Source: Patescibacteria group bacterium (lineage in GTDB: Bacteria; Patescibacteriota; JAQUNI01). Taken from it: a stretch of DNA of 64,000 nt. A model generated the notes under the pieces. The model saw only the letters and a list, made by a program, of their open reading frames with translations. It did not search any database and was not told the origin of the DNA. Positions 22,033 to 32,044 of this stretch are shown piece after piece. Position numbers and translations under genes: made by a program. The stretch covers positions 271,451 through 335,450 of the forward strand of contig JAQUNI010000001.1 of assembly GCA_028717685.1 (NCBI GenBank), in the 5' to 3' direction. The stretch's first letter is position 1, and each line of letters starts with the position of its first letter.

Positions 22033-23583
22033 TTACGGCACTGGATCCAGAGTGGGTTGCCAGGGAGGCTGGTTAGCATTTAAAGTTTTAGCGGTGATAC
22101 GGGGAGAATAGGCGGAGCAACTGCAGAGATCGCACGCCGCCACTTCAAGCCAATAGCTGGTACTAGGAGTAAGACCAGATTGCAAACGGGTGGTCACATT
22201 GCCGACATTGACCGGCGTATTGTTATTGAGATGCGCTAAATAATAAGTGGCGCCAGAAACCGCATTCCAAGCCCAAGTGATAGAGGTAGTGGTTTGAGCC
22301 GTAGAACGCGCGTTTAGAGGAGCAGGGAGAGAGGGACAGGTGACAGTGATATTAGTTGTTGCGGTGGTGGTTAACCCGCCACGCGTTACAGTAATGCTGG
22401 CAGTTTTAGTCCCAGGCGTAGAATACCTGCATCTAAAAGAGCCACCACTAATATTGGAAATAGTGCCATCAGCGCCGCAACTCCGAGCCGAATAAGTGAT
22501 AGTGCCTGTGATTGTGCCGCCGACCGCGGTGGTAAGATCAGAAGCTTGGCCAGTGATAACACTAGCTGGACTAGCTGTCAAAGTGGCAGTTAGTGTGCCC
22601 GTGACTGTGATGCTAGATGACGCTGTTGTAGTTAACCCAGCTCGCGTTACCGTAATACTGGGATATTTATAGCCTGGTGTAGAATAGGTGCAGCTAAAAC
22701 TGCCATTGGTATAATTAATGTTGGAAATCGTGCCACCAGTACCGCAGCTCTGACCAGAATAAGTAATAGCGCCTGTGGCTGTGCCGCCGACCGTGGTAGT
22801 GAGATTAGATACTTGACCAGTAGTAATGCTAGCCGGACTGGCAGACAAAGCAGCAGTTAAGGTAAGGCAAGATTTTGTGCCCGCGCAGGTGCCGCCACAG
22901 CCATTAGAGCAAGTAGAACCAGTACAAGTATTAGCCGCGCAAGCACAGCTCGGAGCCTTGGTGCCCGCGCAGGTGCCGCCACAGCCATTAGAACAAGTAG
23001 AGCCAACGCAAGTATTGGCAGCACAAGAACAACTCGGCGACTTAGTACCTGCGCAAGTACCGCCACAACTATTATAACAAACAGAACCGACACAGGTGGA
23101 AGCAGCACAAGAACAATCTGTAATTTTGCAACCCACGTAATAGGTGGCACCACAACTATCAGAACAAGTAGAACCGGGACAAGTGTATAAGGCGCACTCA
23201 GAACTATGTATGCAACCATCACTACAACTCCCAGTATTAAATGTCTGGCCGTAAGTTTGGCAATACCCGCCACAAGAGGTGTCCTGCCCGTAACGGCTGA
23301 AATAATCAAGTCTTGCAGTTAGGACGCTGCCATTAGAGCAAGTCAAAGACGGCGTAGCGCAACCGACATAATTACCTGGGTTGCTTCCTGTGCACGTAGA
23401 ATCAATAAAAGTTGAGCTACATATTGACCAGCTCCCATCAGCACAATATATACAAATCCATCCTTGATAACAAGCAGTATGACATGTGTAGGAATAGGCG
23501 GCATTAGCTGTATGAGTGCCGAAAATAAGAATACCAAAAAAAATAGCAATCAAAATAACAACGTATTTACCTTGATGGATCAT
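22033..23583 (-). CDS. Secreted Cys-rich adhesin-like protein: Cys repeats, two PKD/Ig-like repeats, Fn3, C-terminal NQPPWQPTLDPVP
   Basis: Signal peptide; CAANTCxGSTCSNGCGGTCAGTK repeats; Fn3 ITWAWNAV...GLTPSTSYWLEVAA. Confidence 0.8.
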   Translation of the reverse strand: MIHQGKYVVILIAIFFGILIFGTHTANAAYSYTCHTACYQGWICIYCADGSWSICSSTFIDSTCTGSNPGNYVGCATPSLTCSNGSVLTARLDYFSRYGQDTSCGGYCQTYGQTFNTGSCSDGCIHSSECALYTCPGSTCSDSCGATYYVGCKITDCSCAASTCVGSVCYNSCGGTCAGTKSPSCSCAANTCVGSTCSNGCGGTCAGTKAPSCACAANTCTGSTCSNGCGGTCAGTKSCLTLTAALSASPASITTGQVSNLTTTVGGTATGAITYSGQSCGTGGTISNINYTNGSFSCTYSTPGYKYPSITVTRAGLTTTASSSITVTGTLTATLTASPASVITGQASDLTTAVGGTITGTITYSARSCGADGTISNISGGSFRCRYSTPGTKTASITVTRGGLTTTATTNITVTCPSLPAPLNARSTAQTTTSITWAWNAVSGATYYLAHLNNNTPVNVGNVTTRLQSGLTPSTSYWLEVAACDLCSCSAYSPRITAKTLNANQPPWQPTLDPVP

Positions 23584-23588
23584 AAAAA

Positions 23589-24128
23589 TTATTTTTTATA
23601 AACAGCTTTAGCCACGAAAGAATTCTGGTCAGAAATGCCCTGCTCGCTCAAAACAATAACCGTATCGCCAATTTCAAAATCAGTAAAAATTAAAACAGGC
23701 CAAGAATCTGCTTGACTTTGTGTGGAAGTACCCGAACCAAGACTAACTATTTCGGTTTGATCGTTTTTTTTAATAATTGAATAGGCACCACTCAACTGTT
23801 TCATTAGCGTTTTATCCGCAATTACCACCGCAAAGATCTTGCCTTTAAGAACTGGATTAAGCTCTTTATTATAAGATTTAATCATCAACGTCTGAGCTGA
23901 CGTATCAATACTTTCAACCGTGCCATTTAATACCGTGGCAGCGCCGGGCTCATATTCAAAGTGTTTGACATCGGCTTGTTCTTTGCCAGTCGTAGATAAT
24001 GGCGCTGGCTGATTAGTGTTACCGGGTGATATTTTAGAAGGAATGACAAAGAATATCCAATACACCAAAACAGCCCCTGCCAGAACCACTGCCGCGATAA
24101 TAATAATTATCAAAGTCTTTTTCCCCAT
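23589..24128 (-). CDS. Membrane-anchored DUF5666-like (OB-fold) protein
   Basis: N-terminal TM; GTVESID...T...DFEIGDTVIV...AKAV pattern. Confidence 0.65.
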   Translation of the reverse strand: MGKKTLIIIIIAAVVLAGAVLVYWIFFVIPSKISPGNTNQPAPLSTTGKEQADVKHFEYEPGAATVLNGTVESIDTSAQTLMIKSYNKELNPVLKGKIFAVVIADKTLMKQLSGAYSIIKKNDQTEIVSLGSGTSTQSQADSWPVLIFTDFEIGDTVIVLSEQGISDQNSFVAKAVYKK

Positions 24129-24172
24129 AAAATAAATACGTATCCTATATATAAAAAAGGTATTTTATTAGC

Positions 24173-24343
24173 TGGCTCCATAGTCTACGAGGCTAGTGAT
24201 AGTAGAGCCAGAATATACAAGATGGAGGCGTTAAAGTCGTTCAGACTTCTTCAGAACTAGAAGATCTGAAGAGATTAAAAATAACGGCCTGTATTTTGGC
24301 TCCACAGCCCCTCGCTTCGCTCGGGGACTATGGAGCCAACGAT
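24173..24343. mobile_element. REPIN/MITE-like element, second copy
   Basis: TGGCTCCATAGTC...GACTATGGAGCCAACGAT, two internal hairpins as at 11828-11971. Confidence 0.65.
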
Positions 24344-24349
24344 GGAATA

Positions 24350-26386
24350 TTATGGCACCGGTTCCAGAGTAGGTTGTCCGGGAGGCTGGTTACCACTTAG
24401 AGTATTAACCGTGACACGAGGAGAATAGGCGGAGCAACCGCAAAGATTGCACGCCGCCACTTCAAGCCAATAGCTGGTATTAGGAGTAAGACCGGATTGT
24501 AAACGAGTGGTCACATTGCCGACATTGACCGGCGTATTGTTATTGAGATGCGCTAAATAATAAGTGGCGCCAGAAACCGCATTCCAAGCCCAAGTGATAG
24601 AGATGGTGGTTTGAGCCGTAGAATGCACATTGGCAGGGCTGGGAAGAGAGAAAGCGGTATAGCACTGCCCATTCATTACATAGTCGTTGGCATTGCAACA
24701 AGCCGCCGTGCCGTCGCAAGCGCGAGCATTGGTGGGACTAATATACACTTCGCTGGCATCGTCGCTGCAACATTGAGCTTGGTTATTGGGCGGGGCAGAC
24801 TCTGGAAATTGAGAAGAGAGAAGCCAAACTCCGGTGGCTGTGGCTTTATTCGGGTTAGTTGCCGTGTTGTCCCATAGATTGGTTGCTCCTGTGCAGCAAG
24901 CCTGGCTCGTGTCAGGAGTGCAAGTGGCAGGGGCAACACAATTCACTGTGCATTCTTGTTTTTCATTAATATTACCACCTGAATATGTATTAGCGGGACA
25001 GGTAAAACTACCGGTGTCGGCAAAGCAACCGGCAGTAATCTTTAAATTTCCAGCAGTAACAGGACATTTCACGGTTCGCGATTCACTGCTCCAAGATCCC
25101 TGACCATTAATGTTAGAAGATTGACACCAGAGCACATCCCCCGAGCCAGATGTACATCCCGCGGCAGGTTGAATATTAGTAAGCCCCATCCTGACCTCAT
25201 AAGGAGAGCTAGGTCCGGTGTTGAAATATTCATAAGAAACATTAAAATTGGAACCGACATTAGCGCTAGTCGGACAGCTTAAATTGCGCAAGGAGCAGGT
25301 AGGATAATTAGTGCAATCTTTTGTGCCCGCGCAAGTGCCGCCGCAGCCATTAGAACAAGTGGAACCAGTGCATGTGTTCGCCGCGCAAGAACAATTAGGA
25401 GTTTTCGTGCCGGCAGGACATTTCTGACCACAACCATTATCTGGCTCCTGACCTAGACAATATGTGGAAGGGGCGGGACAAGAGGGCTGTTTGGTTCCCG
25501 GCGTGGAACAACTCCCGCCACAGCCATTACTCGGATGTTGGTTAGCGCAATAAGTGGAAGGATCAGGGCAGGAAGGGGCGCAAGGAGGACTTTGACAGAC
25601 TCCCCCGACACAATTGTGATTGCAACAATCTCCGGCAGAAATACAGCCTGAGACGCCATCCTCTAAACAAGGACCGCAGCAATCGCAGGTTCCGGAGGCG
25701 CAGGCGCTTTCAGGAATTCCGACGGCGGACAACAAATTTGGGCAAACATCATTCCCTACTCTGCAGGAAGCGCTTGTTGCTTGGCTGGTAGCACCCCTAT
25801 AAGAGCAAAAATCCACATTACAGGCGCGGCATTGCCTCCCTTCGCAAAAGGATCCACCGCAACACTCTGTGGCTGTACTACACGATTCACCAAGGGATTT
25901 GCAGGAGGGAGTTGAAGAACATTTACTTCCATATGAATCTTTATTGCATTGACATTTTTCCCCACTAGGACATCCGCTGCCCTCCCAACTATCCGTATGC
26001 CCTATAAAAGTATAAGAAGGTGTTCCATACCCCCCTATATCACACCTATGTGTCTCCTCTATATTACAATATACACATAAATCGGGTGTAATATCGTGGC
26101 AAGACCTTATCGAACCAGTCGTGCACCAACCACTTAGCTCTTGATAATTGAATCCATAAAACCAACCACTTGGACAACTATAATCTATCCACTTATTATT
26201 AGATCCCCACTTAAAATTATCATCCACAATACCACAGCTTTGTTCGCATGGTGTTACAGCTTTAGCTTCAGAATATAGGAAACTGAAAAAAATTATTGTA
26301 ATAAATAAAGGAGAAATAATTTGAAAAAATTTTACGGATAGCCATGAATTAGATAATTTTGCTATTTTTTGATTTTTATGTTTCAT
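24350..26386 (-). CDS. Secreted Cys-rich adhesin-like protein with Fn3 and C-terminal NQPPGQPTLEPVP
   Basis: Signal peptide; very Cys-rich; last about 95 aa nearly identical to the 22033-23583 product. Confidence 0.8.
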   Translation of the reverse strand: MKHKNQKIAKLSNSWLSVKFFQIISPLFITIIFFSFLYSEAKAVTPCEQSCGIVDDNFKWGSNNKWIDYSCPSGWFYGFNYQELSGWCTTGSIRSCHDITPDLCVYCNIEETHRCDIGGYGTPSYTFIGHTDSWEGSGCPSGEKCQCNKDSYGSKCSSTPSCKSLGESCSTATECCGGSFCEGRQCRACNVDFCSYRGATSQATSASCRVGNDVCPNLLSAVGIPESACASGTCDCCGPCLEDGVSGCISAGDCCNHNCVGGVCQSPPCAPSCPDPSTYCANQHPSNGCGGSCSTPGTKQPSCPAPSTYCLGQEPDNGCGQKCPAGTKTPNCSCAANTCTGSTCSNGCGGTCAGTKDCTNYPTCSLRNLSCPTSANVGSNFNVSYEYFNTGPSSPYEVRMGLTNIQPAAGCTSGSGDVLWCQSSNINGQGSWSSESRTVKCPVTAGNLKITAGCFADTGSFTCPANTYSGGNINEKQECTVNCVAPATCTPDTSQACCTGATNLWDNTATNPNKATATGVWLLSSQFPESAPPNNQAQCCSDDASEVYISPTNARACDGTAACCNANDYVMNGQCYTAFSLPSPANVHSTAQTTISITWAWNAVSGATYYLAHLNNNTPVNVGNVTTRLQSGLTPNTSYWLEVAACNLCGCSAYSPRVTVNTLSGNQPPGQPTLEPVP

Positions 26387-26392
26387 AAAAGC

Positions 26393-26421
26393 TTGACATA
26401 ATTAAAGAATTAATTTATACT
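26393..26421 (+). promoter_or_regulatory. Sigma70-type promoter
   Basis: TTGACA, 17 nt spacer, TATACT. Confidence 0.7.
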
Positions 26422-26519
26422 AAATTTAGTGATTGCTTCTAAAATCGTCTCTGAAATGTTTTGATTAAAGGATGATTAGCAAGAATTTTGTGACTCTTAG
26501 ATACCATGGAGGGTTTAAA

Positions 26520-27284
26520 ATGAAAAGAACTTTGATTGTTTTAGTTGTGTCCTTTATATTCGTATTAATGGTCAATGCTGATACCTCGGAAATATATATT
26601 CAGACGAAAAACCAGTCAGACATAGTGACATCAATTCCCGTTTTGTTTACTCAATCTAGATTTCTCATAATCTCCGTAGGGTTGCCGACATCAGAATTAA
26701 ACCCGAATATAACCACCGCAAAGGTTGCCCTAAACTGTAAGGTTATTGCTGTAGTAAGTAATTGCATCGCATCTATAAACGAAAACCAAGTTACCTTTAG
26801 CTGTATCCGTCCCGAGGGAGGATTTGGTAAAATTCTAGCTGAATGGCAAAGTGGACAAATTCCCACACTACCTAAATGTGATCCCCCTTCCTTGGCGATA
26901 GAAATGGAAAACCCTAAGATTTGGTCAGCCTCAGCACAACTACCGTTGGGCAGTATCTGTCAGATCAAAGCAATGGGTAGTACAATATGGGTCAAAGGAA
27001 GCAAGGTACGTTGGACCGATTGGAGTAATGTTGAACTCATTAATAGACCCGGCGACATAAATCTGGATGGTGTCGTGAATATTCTGGATTTAGTGGCAAT
27101 ATCAAAACAATTTGGTGTTCCAGTATCTCCAGAGGTCCCGGAGGATATGAACTGGGATGGAGTGATTAATAGAGAAGATCTAATGTTGGTGGGCGAAAAA
27201 TTCGGTACGAAATATAGTAGTGTCCCCCAACCCGCGCCTCCCAATCGGACCATTATAACCTGGTCTTCCATCAAATTAAGGTGA
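26520..27284 (+). CDS. Secreted dockerin-type-I domain protein with TWSSIK C-terminal motif
   Basis: GGAGG SD + MKRTL signal peptide; GDINLDGVVNILDLV...DMNWDGVINREDL duplicated EF-hand-like repeats. Confidence 0.8.
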   Translation: MKRTLIVLVVSFIFVLMVNADTSEIYIQTKNQSDIVTSIPVLFTQSRFLIISVGLPTSELNPNITTAKVALNCKVIAVVSNCIASINENQVTFSCIRPEGGFGKILAEWQSGQIPTLPKCDPPSLAIEMENPKIWSASAQLPLGSICQIKAMGSTIWVKGSKVRWTDWSNVELINRPGDINLDGVVNILDLVAISKQFGVPVSPEVPEDMNWDGVINREDLMLVGEKFGTKYSSVPQPAPPNRTIITWSSIKLR

Positions 27285-27500
27285 ATTCTGACCACAATCA
27301 AAGAGCCTTTCCGTTCTTTGCACTGTGGTCTTTTTTATTATTTCAAAAAGCTCGGATAACCCCCTCTACCCCTTTTGAGGAAAAACATTAGACCCCCTCT
27401 CACACTCCCCGCAGGTCAAGGAGAAGAAGTGCAACTGCTGGACTCCATAGTTTTCCGTTCAAGCCGGACTATGGAAACAACGCGCGAGCAAGGTTTGGAA

Positions 27501-27986
27501 TTATTTTATCTCCACCACCTGCACGGCGGCGGCGGTAATAGTGTTTTTGCCGTTGATATTTTCCCCTGCCACAATATTCACTTCATCCCCCACTTTAAGA
27601 TCGGACAAAGAGATATCCTCGGTTTTTAAAGGATCATCAGGATTAGAAGGAACAACGCGGCGGGAGTAATGTGTGTCTTCCTGCAATTCAGCTGTAAAAT
27701 CAGTGTCTTCTGCTAAAAAATAATTCTGCTCCTTTTTCGCCTGAACCTTTAACGCGCCATCTTGAATTTCCGTAATCTTACCCATTAAAGAATAAAATAC
27801 CTCTTCCGTGTTCACGGCGAAAGAGGGATTCTGGGGCGGGGAGAAAACTGCGGGAGTTTTTTCTCCTTTAGGCCAGAAAAAGGCAACAAAGATCAAACCC
27901 CCCACAATAACAACTCCAATTACAAAAAGAATAATCCAGGAAGCAAGACCGGATTTTTTATTTTGAGCGCGTAAGGTTGAAGACAT
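27501..27986 (-). CDS. Membrane-anchored DUF5666-like (OB-fold) protein
   Basis: TM; GKITEI...T...SDLKVGDEVNI...AAAVQV. Confidence 0.7.
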   Translation of the reverse strand: MSSTLRAQNKKSGLASWIILFVIGVVIVGGLIFVAFFWPKGEKTPAVFSPPQNPSFAVNTEEVFYSLMGKITEIQDGALKVQAKKEQNYFLAEDTDFTAELQEDTHYSRRVVPSNPDDPLKTEDISLSDLKVGDEVNIVAGENINGKNTITAAAVQVVEIK

Positions 27987-28100
27987 ATAATTTTAATAAA
28001 ATATTAGTTTTTATTTTAACGCTAACAACTCCCTTTCATTAGATTATGTTTAGCGGCTTGCTTCTATTATACTACGGACTAAGAATGCCGTAAAATCCAA

Positions 28101-29696
28101 TCAAGGTTTAATGCCAGACCAAGAAGGAAGAAGCGTGGCGGGGTCCAAAAATCCCGGCGGAGGATTCACCAGAACCCGGCCATCATATTTCACTAATTCT
28201 GAAGGCGTATTATCGGCGTCTGTATATCTTCTTTCCAAATTCAAAGCATTGCGGGCAACGAGGGATCCCTCAATAACCAATCCCGTGTCTTCGGTATCAG
28301 CCGTATAAACATCGCCCCAGACATAAAAATTACCCACGATATGCTTCACATTGGCTTGAATTATTAAATCCCCGCCTATGACAAAGCCCGCCGACGGTAT
28401 TTTCGCCCGTTCATCCACCGTCCCCATATTCGGATCATAATAAACATTATTGGCAATAGACAAATCGCCATCCACGACCACCGTCCCCCCTCTTGCTAAA
28501 AAGAGGGCGGGGGGCTCGCTATTCAAAATAGCGGGCGGCTTTGGAATAATGGGATTCGCCGCGATTGTTAAATTGCCATCGCAGTAACGAATATTGCGGT
28601 CGCGCTGGTCACCATTCCCCCATAAAGAAGTGGTTTGGGGTAAAATGGGAGAATCCGGAATATGCACTGCCTGCCAATAACTATCCGAACAATTCGGGCT
28701 TAACCCTTCCGTTAAAGATTGTTTATCCACTGCCGTAAAAACAAGATTCTTATGAGGAGGATAAGGAGTGAAAATTTGGTTAATGCCGCTTGTAACATTG
28801 CTATTAATGCCTTGTCGGGCGGTAATCACGGAATCGGCTGTATTGTTTCCCCGCGTCTCTCTATTGTTAATGCCGCCATTGCTGTGAATGTCGCCCCAGA
28901 TCGTCTGCCACCAAGCTTCGCCCACAATCACCCATTTGTCATCTTGACACCCTCCACTCCCACAGTCAGGATTCGCCGCGGTAATCTCAACATGATTTTG
29001 CACCGTACTATTAATTCTTAAACTTAACTGAATGCTGTAACTGCCTGGCGCCACAGTATTAAAATCCCAATAAAAAGTGTCTCCCACCCGTCGACTCCAA
29101 GTTGGATTAGCGCCTAAAACTACAGCTCCCCCGCCCACGGGTGTATACTTTATTTCTAAACCGTAAGCGTTGTCATTAGCCACGGTATAACTAATGGAAT
29201 AGGAAGCGGTAGTACCCGCGCTGACCCTTGAGGGACCGCTATCAAAATCAACGGTTAAAAGCGCGTTATTATGAATATCGCAAGAGATGTTAGATGAGGG
29301 ACTAGAAGTATTCCCATTAATATCAGTGGCTGTGCTGTAAACAGAGTACAGATTCTTAATGGAAAAGCTATGATTTGCCTGCTGCAACGTACCCGAAGGA
29401 ACAGTACCGGAGCTAGGCGCTCTGGTATTACTGCTGCCATCATTCCAAAAAAATGTGTAGTAAAGCTGATCACCTTCTGGATCGCTGGCTCTGGATTCAA
29501 AAGTGTAACCCTGATTTACAAAGCCTATGCAAATGGGCTGACTGAGGCGGCTGCATCTGCATTTGCCGTTAGCGTCAGGGTCACAGTTAAAAAAAGTGGC
29601 GGCTTGGGCGATCAAAAGATTAAAAAAGAACGTCGCGGAGACGAAAATAAAAACCGCGCCTAAGATTTTGATGTTTTTTATCGTTTTAGAACTCAT
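28101..29696 (-). CDS. Secreted pilus-locus protein: PKD-like domain, Ig/DUF11-like domain, CPR-type C-terminal beta-helix ending PPPG
   Basis: Signal peptide from MSSK; YTFESRASDPEGDQLYYTFFWNDG; WWQTIWGDIHSNG...VVDGDLSI...GSLVA...YDGRVLVNPPPG. Confidence 0.75.
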   Translation of the reverse strand: MSSKTIKNIKILGAVFIFVSATFFFNLLIAQAATFFNCDPDANGKCRCSRLSQPICIGFVNQGYTFESRASDPEGDQLYYTFFWNDGSSNTRAPSSGTVPSGTLQQANHSFSIKNLYSVYSTATDINGNTSSPSSNISCDIHNNALLTVDFDSGPSRVSAGTTASYSISYTVANDNAYGLEIKYTPVGGGAVVLGANPTWSRRVGDTFYWDFNTVAPGSYSIQLSLRINSTVQNHVEITAANPDCGSGGCQDDKWVIVGEAWWQTIWGDIHSNGGINNRETRGNNTADSVITARQGINSNVTSGINQIFTPYPPHKNLVFTAVDKQSLTEGLSPNCSDSYWQAVHIPDSPILPQTTSLWGNGDQRDRNIRYCDGNLTIAANPIIPKPPAILNSEPPALFLARGGTVVVDGDLSIANNVYYDPNMGTVDERAKIPSAGFVIGGDLIIQANVKHIVGNFYVWGDVYTADTEDTGLVIEGSLVARNALNLERRYTDADNTPSELVKYDGRVLVNPPPGFLDPATLLPSWSGIKP

Positions 29697-29703
29697 AAGA
29701 AAA

Positions 29704-30342
29704 TTAACGATAATCACTTTTATCTATTCGGATTGCCCGAAACACCGTATCACGAGCGCTCTTCACCATACCCAAAACAAGAATTTGATCGCCGATTTCA
29801 AGTTCACTGACTTTGATCTTGCTCACCTGAAATAATACCTTGCCATCTTCCGCTTCCACGGTGCGCGGCACAGTAACCAATCTTATTTCCGTATCCGCAG
29901 TGATTTGCGCTTTGAGCTTTTTCTGGCCTTGTTCCGCGGACGGCTCCTCAAAGGCAAGGAAATCCGACCCTATTTCTGTAATGGAGCCGCTGTGCATAAT
30001 AATGAATTCACTAGGCGCGCTCGGCACCTTTGGCTTCGCTTCAGCGGTGGAAGATCTAGACCCACTTGCTTCTTGCTCGAGTGTTTCACTGGTAGAAGAT
30101 GGCGAGGCGCCGCTCGGAGCGCTTTCCTGCTCGCTCCCCTTCGCAATACTACCCTCATAATCGGGAGGGGCTACTGGAATCTTTTGATGCTCCGGAAAAT
30201 TTGTCGCAACTGGACTGGTATCGCCCGAAGGAAAGGATGGAACAATCTCTTCTGGTTTTTGTACAAAATAAATCTGGTAAACGCAAAACCCAGCAATAAC
30301 CAATAAGAAAAATAAAAATAGGAAAAGTTTATGGGAAAGCAT
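29704..30342 (-). CDS. Membrane-anchored DUF5666-like (OB-fold) protein
   Basis: TM, Ser/Pro/Glu linker, GSITEI...T...SELEIGDQILV...AIRI. Confidence 0.7.
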   Translation of the reverse strand: MLSHKLFLFLFFLLVIAGFCVYQIYFVQKPEEIVPSFPSGDTSPVATNFPEHQKIPVAPPDYEGSIAKGSEQESAPSGASPSSTSETLEQEASGSRSSTAEAKPKVPSAPSEFIIMHSGSITEIGSDFLAFEEPSAEQGQKKLKAQITADTEIRLVTVPRTVEAEDGKVLFQVSKIKVSELEIGDQILVLGMVKSARDTVFRAIRIDKSDYR

Positions 30343-30469
30343 TAAATGTCCAAATTTTTAATTTTTATTTCTTAATTTTTAGCTAATTTTTATCGTGTTA
30401 TTGAATTATTGTTTCTATTTACAATGACAATAAAAATTAGTTAAAAATTAAAAATCAAGAATTTGAAAT

Positions 30470-31300
30470 TCACTTGCTTAGGCTCTGCTCGGAAAAAATT
30501 ACATAGTCAAAATAACCCGACACTCCGGCCTTAGTGCTGCTATAAGTGGACTCGATCGCTTTTTTATAAGACGAAAAAATGCCTACAGAATCAATTCTTA
30601 CTTTATCCGTAATATCAACTCCATTATCAAAACAAATCTGAAAATCGGAAACAAAATCCTTCAATGGTTTAACGCGCACTAGGTTATTCGGTTTATTCAC
30701 AAGTTGCCGCACAATTTCTCCTCCTTCACTCTGTAACTCCCCATAATCAAAGGTCTCTTTATAAACCGTCTGCGTTCCCTGCCCAAATTTATAATTAGCT
30801 AAACTTTCAGGACCAAAGTCGCTAAAATTGTCTTCCCAGCCCAACCACGTTACCTCCACCTCTTCATTGGCATTACCCAGCCTTTGCGACCAAGACAAAT
30901 GCATTCTCGTGGAATTGCCTAGATTATCAAAATCTAAGGTTTCATCCATATCTAAACTATCTTGGGTATAATAATTGCTACAATTAAAAGTATCATCCAC
31001 GGTGTAGCTATAATTGGCGCTCGTCAGTTCGCGAAGGGGGGTATTAGGCATATTACTGGTATTCCCATTAACCATAATCTCATAAAGAGCTCTTTCCATG
31101 CCGCTGTCCGCCGCGTAATAAGCAATAATACCGCTACCCACATCCCTGGCCATCTTGATATTTCTCAAGGTGAGGGTGGCAATTATTAAACTAACCAAAG
31201 AGACAGTGCCTAATACAAGAAGGGCATAAAGCAAGGCAACACCGGACCTAGATGTTTTCAAAAATACACGGTGATTTAATTTTAATCTTGCTGACCTCAT
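30470..31300 (-). CDS. PilX-like minor pilin
   Basis: SG|VALLYALLVL (no Glu5) and AYYAADSGMERAL. Confidence 0.8.
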   Translation of the reverse strand: MRSARLKLNHRVFLKTSRSGVALLYALLVLGTVSLVSLIIATLTLRNIKMARDVGSGIIAYYAADSGMERALYEIMVNGNTSNMPNTPLRELTSANYSYTVDDTFNCSNYYTQDSLDMDETLDFDNLGNSTRMHLSWSQRLGNANEEVEVTWLGWEDNFSDFGPESLANYKFGQGTQTVYKETFDYGELQSEGGEIVRQLVNKPNNLVRVKPLKDFVSDFQICFDNGVDITDKVRIDSVGIFSSYKKAIESTYSSTKAGVSGYFDYVIFSEQSLSK

Positions 31301-31999
31301 TTATCTTTTATAAATCCTCTGCGTGATTGTGGTCTGAACCCGAATAGAAGCCTGCTCTTCCGGCTTTGCTGTATTTTTGCTCTGGCTTAAACTCAAAACG
31401 ATTGTTACCCGCGGCTGTTCATTTGTTCCTCCGGAAACAAAAGGGTCAGTCACGGGCACAATCCAGAATTTCAAATCATCCACCTTCACCTGATTACTTA
31501 AAATATTCTCTGCCGCCGCCGTCCCTATCTGCATTTTTAATTTATTGTCGCCGCCTTTAAAAAAGGTAATACTCTCCTTGTCCTGACGCACTAAAACCAA
31601 GGAAGAGGCGGGGTTATTGATAGAACCACTGTAATCAATACCATACCGCCTTACCGTTTGGGCGATTGTTTCCAGGGCATGAGATGCCTCGAACTGCACC
31701 TTTTGATCAATGCTATTCTTGCGTTGAGCTTTTGTGATGGACAAAAAAATGCCGCAGATTGCCACTAGCGCCAAAGCAAATACCGCCATTGCCACCAACA
31801 TTTCAATGACTGTAAACCCCGTTAGCCCCGTTAAGAATTTATTTCTAACGGGATGAACTTTCTTTAACGGGATAAACCCCCTGCCGCGTTTTTTAAACCA
31901 AACCGCGCGCGACAAAAATCCGCATCTCTCTCTTGATGCCGCGAAAATTTCAACATTGCGTGTTTGCGTATTATTTGTTGATCCCATATATTGCTTCAT
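31301..31999 (-). CDS. PilW/PulJ-like minor pilin
   Basis: G|FTVIEMLVAM prepilin motif after an extended leader. Confidence 0.85.
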   Translation of the reverse strand: MKQYMGSTNNTQTRNVEIFAASRERCGFLSRAVWFKKRGRGFIPLKKVHPVRNKFLTGLTGFTVIEMLVAMAVFALALVAICGIFLSITKAQRKNSIDQKVQFEASHALETIAQTVRRYGIDYSGSINNPASSLVLVRQDKESITFFKGGDNKLKMQIGTAAAENILSNQVKVDDLKFWIVPVTDPFVSGGTNEQPRVTIVLSLSQSKNTAKPEEQASIRVQTTITQRIYKR

Positions 32000-32044
32000 C
32001 CACAGCGGGATACCCCATCATGTGGTTTCCCATTTGCTCTAAAA

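Noticed and set aside
22033-26386. Diversity-generating retroelement (near-identical repeats plus an Avd-related four-helix protein nearby)
   Set aside because: No reverse transcriptase in the window, both repeats are coding, and differences are not confined to adenines
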